Positions 60,762-64,000 of a DNA stretch of 64,000 nucleotides are shown one piece after another. Both the position numbers and the translations under genes were made by a program. The stretch comes from a bacterium (GTDB lineage Bacteria; Sysuimicrobiota; Sysuimicrobiia; Sysuimicrobiales; Segetimicrobiaceae). The first letter of the stretch is position 1. Every line of letters begins with the position of its first letter. Below the pieces are notes generated by a model, which ran no database searches, was not told the origin of the DNA, and saw only the letters and a list, made by a program, of their open reading frames with translations. Location of the stretch: NCBI GenBank assembly GCA_035307565.1, contig DATGHZ010000040.1, positions 14,201-78,200 of the forward strand, given 5' to 3'.

Positions 60762-62981
60762 TCAATGCGGGACGACCCGCTCGACGCTCAGCACCTCTTT
60801 GACCTGCCCGATCCGCTGCATCACCGCGGTCAGCTGGCTGACGTTGCGGATGTCCATGACGATGCTGGTGAGGGCGATTTTGTCCTTGCGCACGCGCGAG
60901 TTGATCGACACAACGTTCGTCTTGTGCTCCGCGATCGCGGTGAGGATGTCCTTGAGGAGGCCCACGCGGTCCGTGGCCTCCACTTCGATCGCCACATGGT
61001 AGGTGCCGCCGGACGTCGGCTCCCATTCCACGTCGAGAATGCGCTCGGGATGCGCGCGCAGAAACGGCAGGTTCGGGCAGTCCGCGCGGTGGATCGTGAC
61101 GCCGCGGCCCTGCGTCGTGTAGCCGAGGACGCGGTCGCCCGGCAGCGGGCTGCAGCAGCGGGCGAACCGCATCAGCACGTTTTCCACGCCGCGGACGCGG
61201 ACGCCGGTCGCGGCCCCCGCGGGGGGCGGGGTCGCGGCGGACGGCGGCGGGGCTTCCGGCTCCTCTTCGGCCGGCACGCCCCGCAGCGCCTGGACCACCT
61301 GCAGGAGGGAGACGTCGCCGTTGCCCACCGCGGCGAGGAGTTCCTGATCGTCGGGCAGACCGAAACGGCCCGCCACGCCCCGCAGCGAGTCCGGCTTCGC
61401 GAGCGTGAGACCGCCGCCGCCGCGCCGCAGTTCCTTCTCGAGGAGCTCCCGTCCGCGCACGATGTTCTCCTCGCGGCGCTCGCGCTTGAACCACTGCCGG
61501 ATCTTCGTGCGCGCGTTGGAGGTCTGCACAAACGCGAGCCAGTCCCGGCTCGGCCCCGCGGCGTTCTTGCTCGTGACGACTTCCACGATGTCGCCGGACT
61601 GGAGACGCTGGCTCAGGGGCACGAGCCGGCCGTTCACCTTGGCGCCCGTCGTCCGGTAGCCGATGTCCGTGTGGATCCGGAAGGCAAAGTCCACCGACGT
61701 CGCGCCGGCCGGCAGATCGATGACATCGCCCATCGGCGTGAAGACGAAGACCTCGTTTTGGAAGAGGTCGATCTTCACGGAGTGCATGAACTCGCGGGCG
61801 TCCTGCATCTCCTGGTGCCATTCGAGCAGCTGGCGCAGCCAGGACAGCTTTTGCGCGAACGCGCCCTCCGCGCGCCCGCCGCCTTCCTTGTACCGCCAGT
61901 GCGCGGCGATCCCGTGCTCGGCGTCCCGGTGCATGTGCGGGGTGCGGATCTGAATCTCGAGCGGCTGGCCCTCGCAGATCACCGCCGTGTGCAGCGACTG
62001 GTAGCCGCTCGTCTTCGGGTTGGCGATGTAATCGTCGACCTCGCCCGGAATCGGCTTCCACAGCGAGTGCACGATCCCGAGCGTCTCATAGCACTCCCGC
62101 ACGTCGTTCACGACCACGCGCACGCCGATGCGGTCGTAGATGCGGCCGACGCCCTGGCCTTGGTACTTCGGGCGCTGCATCTTCTGGTAGATGCTGTAGA
62201 CGTGCTTCGGGCGGGCGCTCAGGCTCGCGCGGTCCACCCGGATGCCGGCGCGGGTCAACTCCTGGTACAGCGTGTCGAGGACGCGGCTCAGCAGCGCTTC
62301 CTGCGCCTGGCTCGTCCGGTCGATATCGCCGCTGATCGAGGCATACGCCTCCGGCTCGAGCACACGGAACGACAGGTCCTCCAGTTCGCGGCGGATCGTG
62401 CCGATGCCGAGCCGTTCCGTGAGGGGCGCGTAGATGTCGAGCGTCTCGCGGGCGGTGCGCTTCTGCTTCCACTCCGGGAGGTGCTCGAGGGTGCGCATGT
62501 TGTGGACCCGGTCGGCCAGCTTGATCAGGATGATGCGGATGTCGCTCGCCATCGCCAGAAACATCTTGCGGAGGTTCTCGGCCTGGCGCTCTTCGCGGCT
62601 CTTCCACTCGATCCGGCCGAGCTTGGTGACGCCGTCGACGAGGCTCGCGATCTCCGGCCCGAAGGCCGCGCGGATGTCGTCGATGGAGTGCTCGGTGTCC
62701 TCGGGGACGTCGTGCAGGAGCGCGGCCGCGATCGTCGCCGCGTCGAGCCGGAGCCCGACCAGGATTGACGCGACGGCGACACTGTGGCTCACGTAGGGCT
62801 CGCCGGACGCGCGCGTCTGCCCGGCGTGCGCGTCCCGCGCGTAGTCGTAGGCGCGCGCGATGAGGTCCTGATCCGCGCGCGACCGGAAGGCCTCGCGCAC
62901 GCGGCGCATCAGTTCCGCGGCGTCGGCCGGCTGCGGCCCTTCGCGCGTCTGCGGTCCCGACTTCGCCGGCAGGCCGGTCAT
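60762..62981 (-). CDS. relA: bifunctional (p)ppGpp synthetase/hydrolase (RSH long form)
   Basis: HD domain (HSVAVASIL..LLHDVPEDT), synthetase (RPKHVYSIYQKM, DRIGVRVV, YQSLHTAV), TGS and ACT domains. ATG 62981 overlaps the upstream stop (ATGA). Confidence 0.95.
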   Translation of the reverse strand: MTGLPAKSGPQTREGPQPADAAELMRRVREAFRSRADQDLIARAYDYARDAHAGQTRASGEPYVSHSVAVASILVGLRLDAATIAAALLHDVPEDTEHSIDDIRAAFGPEIASLVDGVTKLGRIEWKSREERQAENLRKMFLAMASDIRIILIKLADRVHNMRTLEHLPEWKQKRTARETLDIYAPLTERLGIGTIRRELEDLSFRVLEPEAYASISGDIDRTSQAQEALLSRVLDTLYQELTRAGIRVDRASLSARPKHVYSIYQKMQRPKYQGQGVGRIYDRIGVRVVVNDVRECYETLGIVHSLWKPIPGEVDDYIANPKTSGYQSLHTAVICEGQPLEIQIRTPHMHRDAEHGIAAHWRYKEGGGRAEGAFAQKLSWLRQLLEWHQEMQDAREFMHSVKIDLFQNEVFVFTPMGDVIDLPAGATSVDFAFRIHTDIGYRTTGAKVNGRLVPLSQRLQSGDIVEVVTSKNAAGPSRDWLAFVQTSNARTKIRQWFKRERREENIVRGRELLEKELRRGGGGLTLAKPDSLRGVAGRFGLPDDQELLAAVGNGDVSLLQVVQALRGVPAEEEPEAPPPSAATPPPAGAATGVRVRGVENVLMRFARCCSPLPGDRVLGYTTQGRGVTIHRADCPNLPFLRAHPERILDVEWEPTSGGTYHVAIEVEATDRVGLLKDILTAIAEHKTNVVSINSRVRKDKIALTSIVMDIRNVSQLTAVMQRIGQVKEVLSVERVVPH

Positions 62982-64000
62982 AGACTCTGCTCCACTTCCG
63001 CCGGAGTTGCCGCCAGCATCCACGTGGCGGCCGCTTCGAACTCCGCGCGGACGCGGCGCCCCTCGCGGTGGCGGAGCGAGGCCCCGAGGTCGCGCCGCCC
63101 CGCCGCGGGGGACAGCTGTATGTGCGACGCTGGCCGAAGGTCCCGCCGACCGAAGGTCCCCGCAGAGGGCGATGCGCCCGGCACGGTTTCGCGCGACGCA
63201 AGCCCCGCCTCGACGAAGATGTCGCACGCGGCGTCGACGGTGGCCCGCGCGAGCCCGGGGATCGCGGCGGCGAGATGCGCCCACGTCGCCTCATCGGGCC
63301 AGACGAACGGCTGCTCACCGCGCCAATCGCGCAGGGTGCGATAAATCGCGACAAGACGTTCCCGCCCGGGCGCCTGTTCATCGAGCGCACGCCGGGCGCT
63401 GTCGCGCTCGTCTGTGCCGGCGGCGAGCGTTACCGTGACCGGCCGGTGGCCGCCAAGCGCGCCGCCGATCGCCGCGACGCATCGAGACAGATCCGGCGCC
63501 AGCGCACCGACGACGACCTGCTGCACGTCCGGCGGCAGCGCTTCTTCGTCGAAGGCCGGGGTCGTCACCAGCGCCTGGAGCCGCCCTTCCCGGAACGCCT
63601 GCGTCACGATCTCGCGGAGACGCGGCGACAGACCGCCGTGGAGGTAGGCGACGCCCGAGCCGTGCCGGTCGCGCGCGTCCGCGGCGACGCGGACGGCGGC
63701 GGCGCGCGGCGCCACGATCACCACCGCTCTCTCGCCCTTTGCCAGCGCCTCGTCCAGGATGCGCGAGGCTTGCTCCGGCCCGCCCGGCTCCGCGCGGCGG
63801 TCCACGATCACAAGCGGCGCCCGCGGCGCCTGCTCGTGCACGATCGTGGTCTCCGCGGCGGCGCGCGCGACGCTGCGGCACAGCGTCCCACTGCCGACAG
63901 CGAACACGGCCGCCGTCTCGACGGCCGAGAGGGCCGGCCGCCAATCTTGCTCCACACCTCCGTCAACGACCACCGTGCCCGCGAAAGGAAGAAAGGGCGC
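62978..64000 (-). CDS. C-terminal part of a larger protein (frame open to the window edge); occupies the recJ position upstream of relA; function uncertain
   Basis: No in-frame stop between 63973 and the window end. Contains a degenerate helicase-C-like stretch VAYLHGGLSPRLREIVTQAFREGRLQALVTTPAFDEE. The recJ-relA synteny of Firmicutes suggests a RecJ C-terminal extension, but no DHH motifs are visible in this part. Confidence 0.35.
   Translation of the reverse strand, partial: APFLPFAGTVVVDGGVEQDWRPALSAVETAAVFAVGSGTLCRSVARAAAETTIVHEQAPRAPLVIVDRRAEPGGPEQASRILDEALAKGERAVVIVAPRAAAVRVAADARDRHGSGVAYLHGGLSPRLREIVTQAFREGRLQALVTTPAFDEEALPPDVQQVVVGALAPDLSRCVAAIGGALGGHRPVTVTLAAGTDERDSARRALDEQAPGRERLVAIYRTLRDWRGEQPFVWPDEATWAHLAAAIPGLARATVDAACDIFVEAGLASRETVPGASPSAGTFGRRDLRPASHIQLSPAAGRRDLGASLRHREGRRVRAEFEAAATWMLAATPAEVEQSL

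Noticed and set aside
60663-62768. 701-aa plus-strand ORF, and several minus-strand ORFs out of frame with relA (60727..62061, 62086..63390)
   Set aside because: relA/spoT in the chosen frame has HD, synthetase, TGS and ACT motifs. The alternatives are Arg/Pro/Gly-rich artefacts.

Overview
Very GC-rich bacterial chromosomal segment (G+C judged by eye, not computed) with about 75 protein genes. Nearly all are on the minus strand, in long trains joined by 4-nt ATGA/GTGA stop-start overlaps.

Gene order matches classic Firmicutes syntenies: lysA...scpA-scpB-dacB; nusB...ispA-tlyA-nadK; rimP-nusA-ylxR-infB-ylxP-rbfA-nrnA-truB-ribF; relA-dtd-hisS-aspS. Together with Thermus-type tRNA thiolation genes (ttuB-ttuA-trmI), this suggests a high-GC thermophilic Firmicutes-like lineage (Symbiobacterium/Thermaerobacter/Limnochordia-like). 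That placement is inference only; no search was run.

Functional blocks:
- a butyryl/isobutyryl-CoA cluster (hbd, serine hydrolase, acyl-CoA dehydrogenase, etfBA, and a B12 acyl-CoA mutase with isobutyryl-CoA-mutase signature residues)
- nucleoside salvage (pdp, punA, deoB, Nudix), interrupted by a cytoplasmic BisC-like molybdoenzyme plus a GNAT
- translation and tRNA genes
- a SigB/F-type sigma factor with a kinase-dead RsbW-like anti-sigma
- one internally deleted IS remnant
- a small lower-GC islet carrying a Phd-VapC toxin-antitoxin pair

Most interesting candidates:
1. An orphan ParA-type ATPase overlapping a gene for a disordered protein. That protein has a ParB-like N-terminal peptide and a novel C-terminal Cys5His2 module (44.7-46.3 kb).
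2. A roughly 184-nt rod-like RNA with its own promoter just downstream of aspS, the position of B. subtilis 6S-1 RNA.
3. A four-gene overlapping operon icmB-ttuB-ttuA-trmI, in which TtuB ends GG-Val-Ala.
4. A truncated ispA fused by a GTGA overlap to tlyA.

No rRNA, tRNA or CRISPR array was seen. Many long ORFs in the track are antisense or out-of-frame artefacts of the high GC content and were rejected.
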